A DNA stretch of 64,000 bases from Chrysomallon squamiferum (lineage: Eukaryota; Animalia; Mollusca), in contig CM022665.1 in NCBI GenBank assembly GCA_012295275.1, forward strand, positions 62,001 through 126,000. Reading direction: 5' to 3'. Below the pieces are notes generated by a model. It was not told the origin of the DNA. It did not search any database and saw nothing but the letters and a program-made list of their open reading frames with translations. Numbering within the stretch: position 1 is the stretch's first letter; each line of letters begins with the position of its first letter. Below, in pieces: positions 12,780 to 26,363 of the stretch. The translations under genes and the position numbers were made by a program.

Positions 12780-15169
12780 GCACACTGTTCAGTAATGTAT
12801 GTAAGGTATATCAAGTATCGCAGGGCGTAGCCTGAAGGGTGGGGCCCAGGAATCACTTTATATTAAACTCCATTGATATCTCTGAGCTGATTTTATGGTA
12901 AAGTTATCTGATACGTCCTTGATAACAATAATAAAAACAACAACAATAATAACAATTGCAGCATCAACAACAACAACAATAACAATAACGATAATAATAA
13001 TAACAATAGCAACAACAATTACAATAATAATGTTAATTTTTGTTAATAATAATAATAATAATTATGATAATGATGATGATGATGATGGAAATAATAACAT
13101 AGAAATATATCATTCGTAACAAAAACACGACATTTTTATTTTTTCAAACTATTTTATTTCTTGTTACAGTTTTCTACAATGAACAACACTAAAATAATAC
13201 TTTTTACAATGTATCATTCTTATCATAAAACTATTTAAAAATTAATTCTACCAGTGAACAAGCACTTGACTGAACACCAGTAGTTACTTTTATTATTGTT
13301 CTGAATACACTGCTGTATATATTTATAACCTATTATGTTAATGTAGACTCCTACTGATTTGATCGATATACATTTCGATGTGTCATGTGTGCTTTGTTCT
13401 CTGGAATCTAGCATTTGTACTAATTTCTCGTACATTTTTTTGTTTATTGTTAAAGAGGGTACGTGGGTTAACGAATAAATACACTGCCATATAATTATGG
13501 ACATCGTAAATTTACAAGAGATTATCTTACTAGAATGAACCCATGGCAGTACAAACCAAATGCTTTAAAATATTTAATTTGCCATGAAAATATGTAATCA
13601 AAAATGTGTCTACACGATTCTTCAGTGGTTCTCATTCTTTATTAATAATAAAATAAGATAACAATAAAACAACTCCAGGTTATCCAAAGGAAGTTACAAC
13701 TTATACATAAATGTTAAATAATAGGTGTATGTCTCTGTATGCTTGTAGGTATGTGCGCGTTTGTCTTCGTGTGTAGTTAATTTAAAGTAAAGAATTTATT
13801 AGACAGTTTCAAGCGTGGTTTTAGTGTTGTGTCCCACTATAAATAACTTACAGATTAAATACGTATTTACAGTAATATGAAACATGTGTGTGTAATGTGT
13901 GTATGTGCATATGTGTGTATATATATGTATATATGTAGATATATAAACATAGTTTTATCTGAATGTCAGTATGTATATCTCTTTATGGTGTGTACACTTT
14001 TATATAGGTAGATATAAATGAATATATGAAAATGTGTGGGTGTTTATGTGAAGTAGCTATGCAATGTGTATTGATTACAATTCGACAAACATCATATATA
14101 AAATCACTGTTTATTTACACACTCTCTGTAAATCTACGTATTCAATCTAGTATTTTAATGAATAAATGTTATCCTTAAAAGAAAACTATGATAATAATAT
14201 TATAGCAAACAACAACAATATGCATATACGCTCGATGTTTGTAACTTGGATGTTTGTTTTTAAGTATCTGTCTGTTAATGGAGATATAATAAACATATCC
14301 AGTGACGTAGCTGAGATTTCTCCGGGATGTTACATCCAGTGACGTCATCGGGAGTCGAGGTTAAACGACTGTAACCGATCGATGGCGAGTTGGAGTACTT
14401 CGAGTTCTCCTTTGAGATTACGTGCCACGCAGTGTAACATGTCCTTGTTGTTCAGCTTCTACACAGACTGAGTATATGGATCGTATCTAACTTCATACGG
14501 ACGTTTGATAATTGCAGCATAATTCCTTATTAAAATTAAAATTTATACTTAAAAACACGTCATATGCTTTTTAATTGTTGATCGAAATGTGAGGTAAACC
14601 GAATACGAACTATATTAAGCGGTTGTAGTCAATTTTACTAACTATTAACAAATTAGAAGGTAGCTACTGGTATGAAACTTTTTAAGGCTATGAACAGTTT
14701 TAATGAATGTGATTATGAACTGTGACGACTAAACGCTAACCTTTCCGTTAAACTTTTGTATTTGTGCCGACAACAACTCCGCTGTTTTGCGATTATGACA
14801 GTAATATTTCACAATGGCAGAACTACGTTATTGTAAGCCAGCCTATTTGTTAGCTGTATATGTGAACTTCCCTTTTGTATCCTACTTTTTTATTTACGAA
14901 AGACTGAGCTGAGAATAAACAGAAAAGCAAAGAAAACCGCTTTAGAAAAAACAGTTTGTATGTGTACATATATCAGATTGCCAATAGCAGTTTGAAAACT
15001 TCCACACAAAAGAGAAGGATGTCATGATTAGCTGTGACTTTATTTGTACCCAGATAACGTAAGAGTTCAGCAAATCCAATTTTTAAATAGTAATTTTTAT
15101 ATGAAGAGAAAATCGACTGTATTTAGTATTTTTAAATTTTTGTTATTATTATTATTATTATTATTATCA

Positions 15170-15201
<32 letters not shown>

Positions 15202-15835
15202 GCTATTACTGTTATTGTTACTAACACTATTACTACTACTATTATTTCTTCTTATTATTATTATTATTGTTTTTATTATTATTTTGTATTACTATTATTA
15301 TTATTATCATCATCAGTAGTAGTAGTAATAGTAGTAGTAGTAGTAAACAAATTATTACTCTGCAAATAAATATAATTTAGATGGTTGTTATTTTTTTTCG
15401 ATATAAAAGAACTAAACTGCCGAATGAAATCATTTATAAAAGTTGTTATCTATGACAATACGGTTTATCATAAAACTGTTCAAAAATGTATTTTACCAGT
15501 CGACAAAAACTTGACTGAACAACAACAGTTATCTTTATTATTGGTTTGGACACAGTAAAGAAAATATGTATTACCTACTCATTTAATGTGTATATCTATA
15601 TATACATTTCTATTATTATTATTATTATTTTAAAATTGTATTTCAAAATTAATTAGTTATTCTATGAAATACTAAACTAAAATGCTAGATCTGAGCATGT
15701 AACTAAAAAACGAAAGAAACTTGAAATTCTTAGTGTGAAACTCAAACAAATCGACTCATACTCTTTGTTACATGATTCACAGGTGAATTAAAGTTCATCT
15801 CATCTTCAAAACATTTTAAAACAGATTAACGCAGC

Positions 15836-16195
15836 TAGGGTTAGGATTAGATTATCTATTAGGATTAGGGTTAGCAATAGGGTTAAATTAAATTATCTGT
15901 TTACCGCAATGGAGTTTTCGTATATAACCTGGTGTAAAACTTAAAACAACTTTTATTTCTAAATATTAACTTGGGAAAGTTTATTAGGATTGTTGGTATA
16001 ACATTGGTTAATTTATCATATTGCTAGAAGTAAGATTATATCTAGGGTGAGGTTTAGGGTTAATGTTAGCATCAGGGTTATGTTTAGTGTTAGTGTTAGT
16101 GTTAGGATGAGGTTTAGGGTTAATGTTAGCATCAGGGTTATGTTTAGTGTTAGTGTTAGTGTTAGTTTTAGGGTGAGGTTTAGCATTATGGTTAG
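15836..16195 (+). repeat. Degenerate TTAGGG/TTAGTG-like tract with an internal 60-bp duplication
   Basis: agggttaggattag..., ggtttagggttaatgttagcatcagggttatgtttagtgttagtgttag twice. Confidence 0.65.
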
Positions 16196-16989
16196 ATTTA
16201 ATTATCTACTTGCCTGAAGAAGGTTTTCAAATAAAACTTGAATAATCTTATGATAACAGTGAGGATAAAATTTATATTATTTTGCACAATTTATAATCAA
16301 GATATTAATAATATATTTCATGTTAAGCCTTTTCTTTTTGTGTGTGTGTGTGTGTGTGTGTGTCTGTGTGTTGTAATTTTAACATTAAAAAAAAAAACAT
16401 CGGTTAATTATTTTGAATTTCAGCATTTCTGCAGCGAAACAAAATTACAGAAGGGAAAAGAAGAATTTGTAAGCTAATTAAGAGTTGACATTTTTGGAGC
16501 AGTAAGGAAGTAGAAGGGACTTAATGATAAAAGTAGGTAACTGAATGAATGAATGAATGAATAAATGAATGAATGAATAAATTAATGAATAAATAAATGA
16601 ACGAACGAACGAACAAAGAAAGTTACTTTGCATTTTCAGTTTCACATGCATATATAGATATAAACATTAAGAATAATGATGATGATGATTATGACAACGA
16701 CGACGACAATGATGATAACAATGATGATAATAAGTATAATAATAATGAGACGCAAATATCATCAGTAACAACAGAATACGTCATTTCAAACTATTTTATT
16801 TCTTGTTAGATTTCTGCAGTGAACAACACAAAAATTATATTTTTTGAAATCCATGGTTCTGAAAATGAGTATATATTTAACAATTATTACCTTTTTTCGG
16901 GATAAAAGAATGAATCTGCTGAATGAAATAACTTACAAATTTGTTATCTATAAGGTTATAGAGAGAGATGTAATCACGTTAATACTAAT

Positions 16990-17143
16990 AAAAAGGTAAT
17001 TTAATAGATACAAATAAAAAGTAATTAAGTAGACACAAATAAAAAGGTAATTAAGTAGACACAAATAAAAAGGTAATTAAGTAGACACAAATAAAAAGGT
17101 AATTAAGTAGACACAAATAAAAAGGTATGTGAGTAGACACAAA
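16990..17143. repeat. 26-bp minisatellite, about 6 copies
   Basis: Unit aaaaaggtaattaagtagacacaaat. Confidence 0.9.
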
Positions 17144-17614
17144 CAAACAAACAAATATAAAATTAGTTATTTAACGATTTGAATTTACCGCTTGCTGAGA
17201 TGGTAATATAATTTAGAATCTGACATACATTTCGACATTCATATATATACATGTGTTCATACATACATACATAGATACTTATTCATGTAAATATATACGT
17301 ATATATATATATATGTTTATATACACACACACACATCCACACACATATGTATGCATGAAAACATTAATAATAATGACATACATTATGTTTTTATTGTTAT
17401 TATTCTTTTCCAAACTATTTTATTTGTAAAGATTTCTTTTAAACGAACACGAGTAAAATAATATTATAAACAAATAAAGCAAATACAATTCCCTCTGAAA
17501 AACCTATAATTTTGAGCGAAAACATGGAAATATTTCTAGTACATTATGTCTTTTTATCTAGCCACTGTTTATAGTCATTACAGTATGGAAAAATATATAA
17601 TGATACACAGGATG

Positions 17615-17652
<38 letters not shown>

Positions 17653-18399
17653 GGTCAAAATGAGGGTCATAATGACGGTCATAATGCATATTGCATTATA
17701 TTTACCTTAGGTGTTATATATTTTTCCTATTTCGTATTCGACATTGTTTACACATTATATTTTGCGTATTTCGTTCATAAACTAAATAAATGTACTACAT
17801 ACGTTCAGTATTCAGGTACATTATAAAACAATCATAAAGAAATACTTCAAACACATCATCAGAGTAACAGTAATAACTCACATTTCTCTGAATGCGACAA
17901 AATCGTATTTTAAATACTCTGTTTTAAATTGTGACATCATCTACATAATGAAGTATTTTAAATCTTTTGTATTTCATAAATGTTATTCATCTGTTATGTT
18001 TCTTACCATAATCTATGGTTTACAGTAATGTATTAGATTAAGTAAGCAGTCTAATATAAACACATAATATCAAAGCATATATCAACATAATAAAATCAAA
18101 TGAAAATTAGTTATAAAACGCACATCTAGAAAATAACAACGTCTGTCTGGAATTACTTTTCAATGGAAACTTATTTTTTCATTTACGTTCTCAGTTCTTT
18201 TATTAAACTATTTTACACCGGTTACGTAACCACCTGAACTGAACTGTATTTACACTCAGACCGTAATGTACGGCATATGAAAATACATCCATACAAAATT
18301 TAATATAATTATAATAATTATAACAAGATGATGGATTTACAGTAATGTACATATTAAAAAAAGCTTTATAATATATCAATATATGAACCAGAGAATTTG

Positions 18400-19060
18400 A
18401 AAAAATTCATGATTAGATTACAGAAAATAGAAAGTTCTCTAAGGACACCAGCTTTTTTAGAGTTAAATAATATCCATTTGTGATTGAAAGTGTTATTGTT
18501 AACATCATTCAGCAAAAGTCTGTACACTAGTAATATCAACTTAGACTGCTTTCCCATGATCATTCGATACTAGTAAATAATAACTTTTGCTTTTACAGTA
18601 GTATATACTGGATAATGTCAAAGTTCTCCATTTAATGAGTACAATGGAGCAGATTTCCTTACTGGTAATAACAATTTCATAAACCAGTTACATAATTCTT
18701 CCAGTAATGACAAATTTTCAAATTCCCAAATTTCGCTACCATGCAGGAGAACTGGTAGAACCATGCGTTAATAAAATTTTAGTTGACACTGAATGGAAAT
18801 ATTATGACATCTTCCTTGTTGTAGAATTGAATGCAATCCCTTCTGTGCTTGTGTATATAACATGTTTCTAGTTTTCAGCAGGTATGTCATTAAATTCCTC
18901 TTGCAACACGTTAAAAGTATCACTGTTAAAATAGCGAGAGACTTTAGGCGGTATATATACAACACCAGAAAATATAGTAGATGTTTTTCTAGATTTAAAT
19001 TTAAACCATAATACATATTCAGATGTTGTTATTACAAACTTGTACTTTTGAAGTGATATT
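18400..19060 (-). mobile_element. Internally deleted LINE ORF2 remnant (endonuclease piece fused to post-RT C-terminal region)
   Basis: LWFKFK..SGVVYIPPKVSRYFNSDTFNVLQEE, then QAQKGLHSI..CQLKFY*RMVLPVLLHGSEIWEFEN..RKSAPLYSLNGEL*HYP..RMIMGKQSKL; contains stops. Confidence 0.75.
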
Positions 19061-19468
19061 ACTTTTGACAGCTAGACACGTGCCGCCCGATTTAGGACAT
19101 GATTTTCCAATTCTATTATTTGTATTTACTGTATAATCTGGTATTTCTACCTTATCAGTATCATCAAGTTTTGTTTCTACTAAACACAAAATATCATACT
19201 GATTAAAACAGTAGTAGTACTAAAAGAACATAAATAATAATTGTAATAAAAATAATGACACAAAAACATAAGATAACAGAAATTTTAAAAGTAACTTAAC
19301 TAATAAAATAAGCAAATAATAAACAAAATATCCAAGGAAAGAGAAAATAAAGATTACAAAATATAAATTAAATTTAAGAAACTGTTCAAATCCTTGTGAA
19401 AACACAAATATATGTAGTTACACAAATTTAATAATTTCATGGTAAAGCTAAAAATGGCATCTGGTTAC

Positions 19469-20068
19469 CTCCTCTTCATTTTGATTCATTTCTTGAACCA
19501 AATCAACAAAACTGATTCCCTTCACTTGTCTGATGAAATCACATTGTGGAAACCATCTGGCGTGTTCCACGTAAGGGTTATCTCCCTGCTTCCAATTTCT
19601 AAGTTCTCCGCCGCAGTAAAAGCAGGACTGCTATCACGTGAATTACCTGTTTATACATGAATGTGCTTGTTCATAACTGTATACATTTCCTGTGACACAT
19701 ACATCCACCAAAACTCTGCTAATACTGGCACACAAATACATACACACTTAGATGAACACACATATGGAAATACAGACATATATACAAAATTAATGTACAA
19801 CGTTGCATCGATCTTTCAAAGATTTCAGATGACCATCAAAATACCCAAATTCAAAATCAGTCTTAAAATTCTGAAGTGTTTAAATCTCTACTGAAACGTC
19901 AGGTAAAATGTCAGAAATAGCAAATTAACATTAAAATGTAAAAGACTTAAAATGTCAATGATAAAAAATATAGAGCAGTCGAAGAAGATTTTCAAATGAT
20001 TATTAAAATGTGAAGATTTCTAAGTAAGCAGCAGTAACACTGACCAGAGAAGAAGAAACCGGCTTCTG
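19469..20068 (-). pseudogene. Third IAP fragment: last 24 nt of large exon, intron, and frameshifted BIR2 exon (19469-19646, 178 nt)
   Basis: Homologous to 23097-23620; agcagtcc vs agcacgtcc is a 1-nt deletion. Confidence 0.85.
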
Positions 20069-20228
20069 GTAGAACCATGCGTTAATGTATTTTTAGATGA
20101 CACTGAATGGAAATATTATGACATCTTCCTTGTTGTAACACGTTTTCTGCATTCCACAATCTCTCGATGAAACTGTCCACTCACACCAAATTAAAATGAA
20201 TTAAAATTCAACACATCGTCATCTTAAA

Positions 20229-20306
<78 letters not shown>

Positions 20307-20360
20307 TATAATAATAATAATAATCAAAAACATTTTATAATAAAAATGGTCAGAAACAGA

Positions 20361-20539
20361 TTAACACAAGGAAGCTCGCACAATGGCTTGGATTATCTTT
20401 CTACAAAGTGGACATCTTCGCAGTCTGGGCGCACAATCTTCACAGCAACAAAGATGACCGCAGGGCAGGAAAACCATTCTGATCTTGTTTTCAAGACAAA
20501 CTTTGCAGATGATTTCCTCATTATCATCCAGCAAGGAAT
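20361..20539 (-). CDS. Copy B RING exon
   Basis: [59 protein letters not shown]. Confidence 0.9.
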
Positions 20540-20778
20540 CTAATAAATATCAAAGAGTACGTAATAAAAATAATATAATTCTTATACGTTAAATAATGTG
20601 TGTATTTTGTAACAAAAAACAGTTTAAAATAAATCAAATAACTTGTGTATTTTATTACGCATAACATTTGAAACAAATTTTAGATTTTGTCACAAAAGTA
20701 ACTTGACTCTTCACTAGGCTTTACTAATATACAAAAATGTTTTCTGTATTTCTTTCCCTCTTAAAGATATCAAGTATC

Positions 20779-20838
<60 letters not shown>

Positions 20839-21368
20839 AATAAACAGATAAATAGATAAATAATAAACGAATAAAATGTAATACTAGTAATATTAATAAT
20901 AATAGTAACAATAACAACGATAACAAGAAAAATTAGAGCAATAATCATAACAACAACATTACTAATAAAAGTAACAACAAAAGTAATATAAACAATAACA
21001 ACAATAATAGATAAATAAACAAACGAACAAATAATAAATAAACAAGCAAGCAAACAAGCAAATAAACAAACAAATGAACAAATAAATAAAATGTCGTGAA
21101 ATAAAACTACAATATACCTCCAGTTGCAAGTTCTTTATTTCTTGTTGTTTTACTGAATGCGTCACTCTTTCCTTCAGAAACAAGAAATTCAACTGCACGA
21201 AATGAATGAAATAAAATATTAATAATATTAATTCTATTGCCGTGATCTCATTCAAAATCCTGTTTCGTGGGATGTAAAATATTTAATACTTTTATACCAC
21301 AAATATTACGTGTATTTTAAAACAAATGGAACAAAGCAGTTTAAAAAATGAATACTTTGTAGCGAGAA

Positions 21369-21431
<63 letters not shown>

Positions 21432-21644
21432 TTGTATCCTTTGTAACACAAACCTTTGAAAGAATTAGTTGAGTACATAGATAGATAGATAGATAGATAG
21501 ATACACATATAGATAAGAAATTATTCATAAAAGTAACCACGACTCTTGACAATGTTTTATGTATTTAATAAAATGTTGTTCCCTTCCTTCTCCCTAAATT
21601 ATTTCTTTATCAACCAAATGTATCAGGTAATAACAATGATAATC

Positions 21645-21700
<56 letters not shown>

Positions 21701-21912
21701 TTGTATCCTTTGTAACACAAACCTTTGAAAGAATTAGTTGAGTACATAGATAGATAGATAGATAGATAGATACACATATAGATAAGAAATTATTCATAAA
21801 AGTAACCACGACTCTTGACAATGTTTTATGTATTTAATAAAATGTTGTTCCCTTCCTTCTCCTAAATTATTTCTTTATCAACCAAATGTATCAGGTAATA
21901 ACAATGATAATC

Positions 21913-21983
<71 letters not shown>

Positions 21984-22386
21984 TTGCAGTACAATTAACA
22001 ATAGAAACAGAAAAATAAACAAACAAAAATAAAAATAAATAAGAATAGAAAGTAAATGAATAAAATGTAATAATAGTTGTAATAATAATAATAATAATAA
22101 CGACAACAACACAAGAACTAATACAGCAATAGTGATAACAATTATAACAGCAATAACAAGATTATTAAATATATCAATAAGTAAGTAAGTAAATAAATAA
22201 ATAAATAAATAAATAAAGTGTAGTCAAATAAAGCTGCAATATAGCTCCAACTGCATGTTTGTATTTCTTTTTATTTCACTAGGTTCGTCACTACTTTCTT
22301 CAGATACAAGCAATTCATCAACTATACGAACCAAATCAAATAAAATATTCGTAATATTAATTCTACTGAATATATCAGATATCAGA

Positions 22387-22438
<52 letters not shown>

Positions 22439-25400
22439 TATAGTGAAATAAAACTGCAATATACCTTCAGTTACATGGTCTGTGTTTCTTGTTGTTTCGA
22501 TAAATTTGCCATTCTTTTCTTCAGAAACAATGAATTCATCAACTACATGAACAAAATGAAATAAAATATTTATAATATTAATTCTATTGACATGATCTCA
22601 TTTAAAATGTTACTTTGTGGGATGTAAAATAATTAATACTTTTATCTTGACATTAATCTTTGACATTGTGCAGTCTATAGAATCTTGCTGGTAAATCTAG
22701 AATTTTGTTAACGTTAAAACTTACCTTGACGTGTTTTAATTCCAAGACGTTCAAATGTTGGTCGACAATCATTTAAAATATCCATCACTTGGTCATAGTT
22801 AATCTAAAATAAATTTTAAAACTTTATTACTATATTTTCAATAATAATAACGACAAAAAAAAAAATTAATAATAATAATATAATAAAAATTTCTAACTGA
22901 CTAAAATTAATAAATCAATAACTAAATATCTAAATAAATAAATAAATAAATAAGAACAATAATAAAACAAATCTAGAGAGAAAAAATTAGATGTAAAACA
23001 AATTTAAGAAACTTCTGAATTCTTTGTGAAAACAAATACACGAATTTATACAAATTTAATAATTTCGTGGTAAACATAAAAATGTTATCTAGTTACCTCC
23101 TCTTCATTTTCATTCATTTCTTGAACCAAATCGACAAAACTGTCTCCCTTCACTTGTCTGATGAAATCACACTGTGGAAACCATCTGGCGTGTTCCACGT
23201 AAGGGTTATCTCCCTGCATCCAATTTCTAAGTCCTCCGCCGCAGTAAAAGCAGGACGTGCTATCACGTGAATTACCTGTGTATACATGAATGTGCATGTT
23301 CATAATTGTACACGTTTCTTGTGACACCCACGCCAATAACCCTTACATACTGGCACACAAACATACGCAAAATTATGGTACGCTGTTCCATCGACCTTTC
23401 TAAGATGTCAGATGACTATCAAAATGCCCACATTCAAAATCTGTATTAAAAGTTTTACGTCACTACTAAAATGTCAGACATTTTAAATGTATATTGTCAG
23501 TAATTTCAAGTCTTATTTTCAAATGAATATTAAAATATAAATGTCTTAAAATGAATTAAAATGTGAAACGTTTTTAATAAAGAGTAACACTAACCAGAGA
23601 AGAAGAAACCGGCTTCTGCCAGTTCTGTCGGAGACTGGTTGTCAGGATGTGGCCATCGGTGTTCAAAAGACGAAATACGTCGTTGTACGTCGACGTACTC
23701 GGAGTGACGTGGTACATGCAGTGTCGGGGCTGATATAGAGGAGCTTCCAGACAGAAAACCGGACAGCTGAAGGATTGGTAAATTACTGAAACTGAGCTGT
23801 GAAGAACTTTGATGAGAATCATTAGAGGCAACAGCACCACCACTGACAGAACTCTGACAGGTAAAAGAAGGAACTGTAGCGTTAACAGGAAGTGAAACAG
23901 CATTTGTAGCCATATCAATAGATGTAGATGAAAAAATTACTGTAGGCAAACCACCTGTGTTAACAGTAGATGTAGATGTAACAGTGCTTGAGGGTATACT
24001 ACAAATATTACCAGTAAATGTAGGCATACAGCTGGTATTAGTAGCTGATGCTACAGTACTAGTCAAACTAACAGCAGATATGTCAATATTTTCATGACCA
24101 ACAGAGGTAACGATGTCGTCGACGTTATTTCTTGGTGTTTCAGAGACTCCAAACAGTTCATTGTCATTAACTGAACTTTCAGACTCGCTCCGATTACGAA
24201 GTGTGTCACTTTGAATAGCAGAAAATTCCAATACTGGTACAGATAATCTGCCCAGGAATTCTTGTAGTCTCTGCTCATCATTCTCACTTACCCAAATCGG
24301 CTCATTTTCTTCCTCTCCCAGGACAAATCTGCAGCTTGGTGAGATTTGTCTGTGAATTTCAATTGGCTTATCTCCAGGTCTCCAGTGATCATAGCTCTGA
24401 CCACAGCTGAAGCAGACAAGGCGATCACCAATCCCAGTGAAGTAGAATCCAGCAGCTGCAAGACGACTTGGCCAGGCTGAGGTTAGAGAAAATCCTAAGT
24501 AAGTCGCATATCGGTCCCACTCCCTCCTGTATCTGACAGTGTCTGAAGGTTCTGTCTCTAATTCATCATTTCTCGTCATTCCAGTTTGATTTCTCTGGTT
24601 ACCAGGAACGGCTGATTCTGTTTCCGCGAAAACTTCCTGTTGCAGTTCATTCTCATCAGTGTTTTCATGTATTATTTTGTTAGTTTCAACAACATTTGAT
24701 TCTGTTAGGTCACTACTCAGCTGTTCCGATTGATTAGTATCAATATTTGTACCTTCTGATTCATTCACCTCAACAGTTGTATGTTCTGATTCACTGCTAT
24801 GAATTCTTGCAATTTCTGATTCATGTCCATCAACTGCACCTTCTGCAATAATTATTGCAGCTTCTGGTTCATTTATGTCAACTCCTGCAGCATATGATTC
24901 ATTTCTATAAATGGCTGCACCTTCTGATACATTTCTATCAACTACTGCAGATTGTGATTCATTTGCAGCAGCAGTTTCATCGTCCGATTTATATCCGTCA
25001 GTTCTTTCAACTTCCGATTTATTTCTATGAATAGCTGCACATTTTGATTCAATTCCATCAATTACTGAAGCTTCTGGTTCATTTCTATCAATTCTTACAG
25101 CTTGTAATTCATTTCCATCCATGCTTGCAGCTTCTGATTCATTTCCATCAACAGCTGCAGCTCCTGAATCACTTCCATCAACAGTTGCACCTTCTGATTC
25201 AGTTCCACGAACTGCACCTTCTGATTTACTTCCATCATTAGTTGCAGCTTCTGATTCATTTCCATGAATTTCTGCAGCTTCTGATTGATTTTCTTGAATA
25301 CTTGTAGATTCTGATTTATTTAAACCAGGATATGCAACTTCTGATTCATGTCTATCAACAGTTGAATCTGTTGATTCATTTCTATCAGTTGTTGTAGTAT

Positions 25401-25547
25401 CTGATCCATTTTCTTGAACAGTATCAGCTTCTGAACCCACTTCTTTCGAATCAGTTCCGTCTCTTTTTTCTGACTTTCTACCATTACTCACATTATTTGG
25501 ATTAATCTCAAAACTGTTAAGAATGTTCGAATTCTTCACTTTTGAAT
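20361..25547 (-). CDS. IAP (BIRC-family) gene copy B, core exons; open reading frame BIR-BIR-RING
   Basis: Exons 25547-23595, 23275-23097, 22803-22725, 22542-22465, 21192-21118, 20539-20361, all AG/GT, in phase, no stops. Confidence 0.88.
21118..21192 (-). CDS. Copy B symmetric linker exon duplicate (75 nt, phase 1-1)
   Basis: gtgcag|[25 protein letters not shown]|gtatat. Confidence 0.7.
21370..21980. repeat. 269-bp intronic tandem duplication containing (AAT)n and (TAGA)n
   Basis: tttgtatcctttgtaacaca at 21431 and 21700. Confidence 0.85.
22245..22321 (-). pseudogene. Dead duplicate of the linker exon (77 nt, donor GT>CT)
   Basis: tatag|ttgatgaattg...ggag|ctatattgcag vs |gtatattgcag in sister exons. 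Confidence 0.75.
22465..22542 (-). CDS. Copy B symmetric linker exon (78 nt, phase 1-1)
   Basis: tgtag|[26 protein letters not shown]|gtatat. Confidence 0.75.
22725..22803 (-). CDS. Copy B linker exon (79 nt)
   Basis: [26 protein letters not shown]|gtaagt. Confidence 0.8.
23097..23275 (-). CDS. Copy B BIR2 second-half exon (intact)
   Basis: [39 protein letters not shown]. Confidence 0.9.
23595..25547 (-). CDS. Copy B large exon: acidic repeats, BIR1, S/T-rich linker, start of BIR2
   Basis: 649-aa ORF track entry; phase-1 acceptor at 25548-49, donor at 23594. Confidence 0.9.
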
Positions 25548-25602
25548 CTGGAACAGACGTTTAAGATAAATTCAAAACAACATAGTGCACAATTAGTTAT
25601 GA

Positions 25603-25633
<31 letters not shown>

Positions 25634-26303
25634 TCTATACATGACTTCGAAATAATTTGAGATTTTTGGTACATGTATACATGTTTACATAAAGAAAAAC
25701 AAAATAATAATAATAAAAAAAAAATTAAAATCGTTCAAAATATAGGTAAGATGTTGAATTAATATTCCGTTTCAGTTCATGTGTAATCTCTATAATTTCA
25801 GAAATATAAATAAATAAAAAATGTGTAAAATTAACAGCAGTTTGCGGATATAGGAAAATAATTATTTATTAAATAACAGTTATTCAGATTAGAAAAATGC
25901 ACAAAGACACAGACAGACAAAGTATCTGATAACGAAACTAGGACATTAATGAAACTCCGAGGTTACATTTTATGATAATTTCTGAAAAGAGGAAATGACT
26001 AAGACAATAACTCGAAATCACTGACAAACATTCACTAATTAAAATACATAATAGATGTTGATCGTATATTAATTGAAAGGTATGAGTGAGGTAAAATCAG
26101 GGTAGGGTCCTGTCAGCTACTGAAATTACGATATATCAATATTATATTGCGTACTAAATAAGTGAATATATAGGTAATTACTTCTTTGCTTCACAGGTAT
26201 TGTTGAAAAAGAATAAAACAGAGTTGTTGACCACATAAAAGTACAGAAGATTAAATATATGACAATCACTTGATAAGTTAGGATCAAGAACGTGTAAAAG
26301 TAC

Positions 26304-26363
26304 CTAAATCCTGAAAGATCCTCTTTATCATGTTCACCTGCTTATCACTTAGCTCTGTAAGCT
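26304..26363 (-). CDS. Candidate micro-exon, 60 nt, phase 1-1
   Basis: catcttacag|(E)LTELSDKQVNMIKRIFQDL g|gtactt. Confidence 0.6.

Noticed and set aside
4351-22443. Poly-L/I/Y/N and CV-repeat ORFs in the ORF track
   Set aside because: Translations of (ATT)n, (AAT)n and (TG)n microsatellites.
1437-25241. Antisense or alternate-frame ORFs over IAP exons (1437-1634, 2469-2903, 3737-3940, 19439-19660, 23067-23270, 25044-25241)
   Set aside because: Shadows of the real coding frame.
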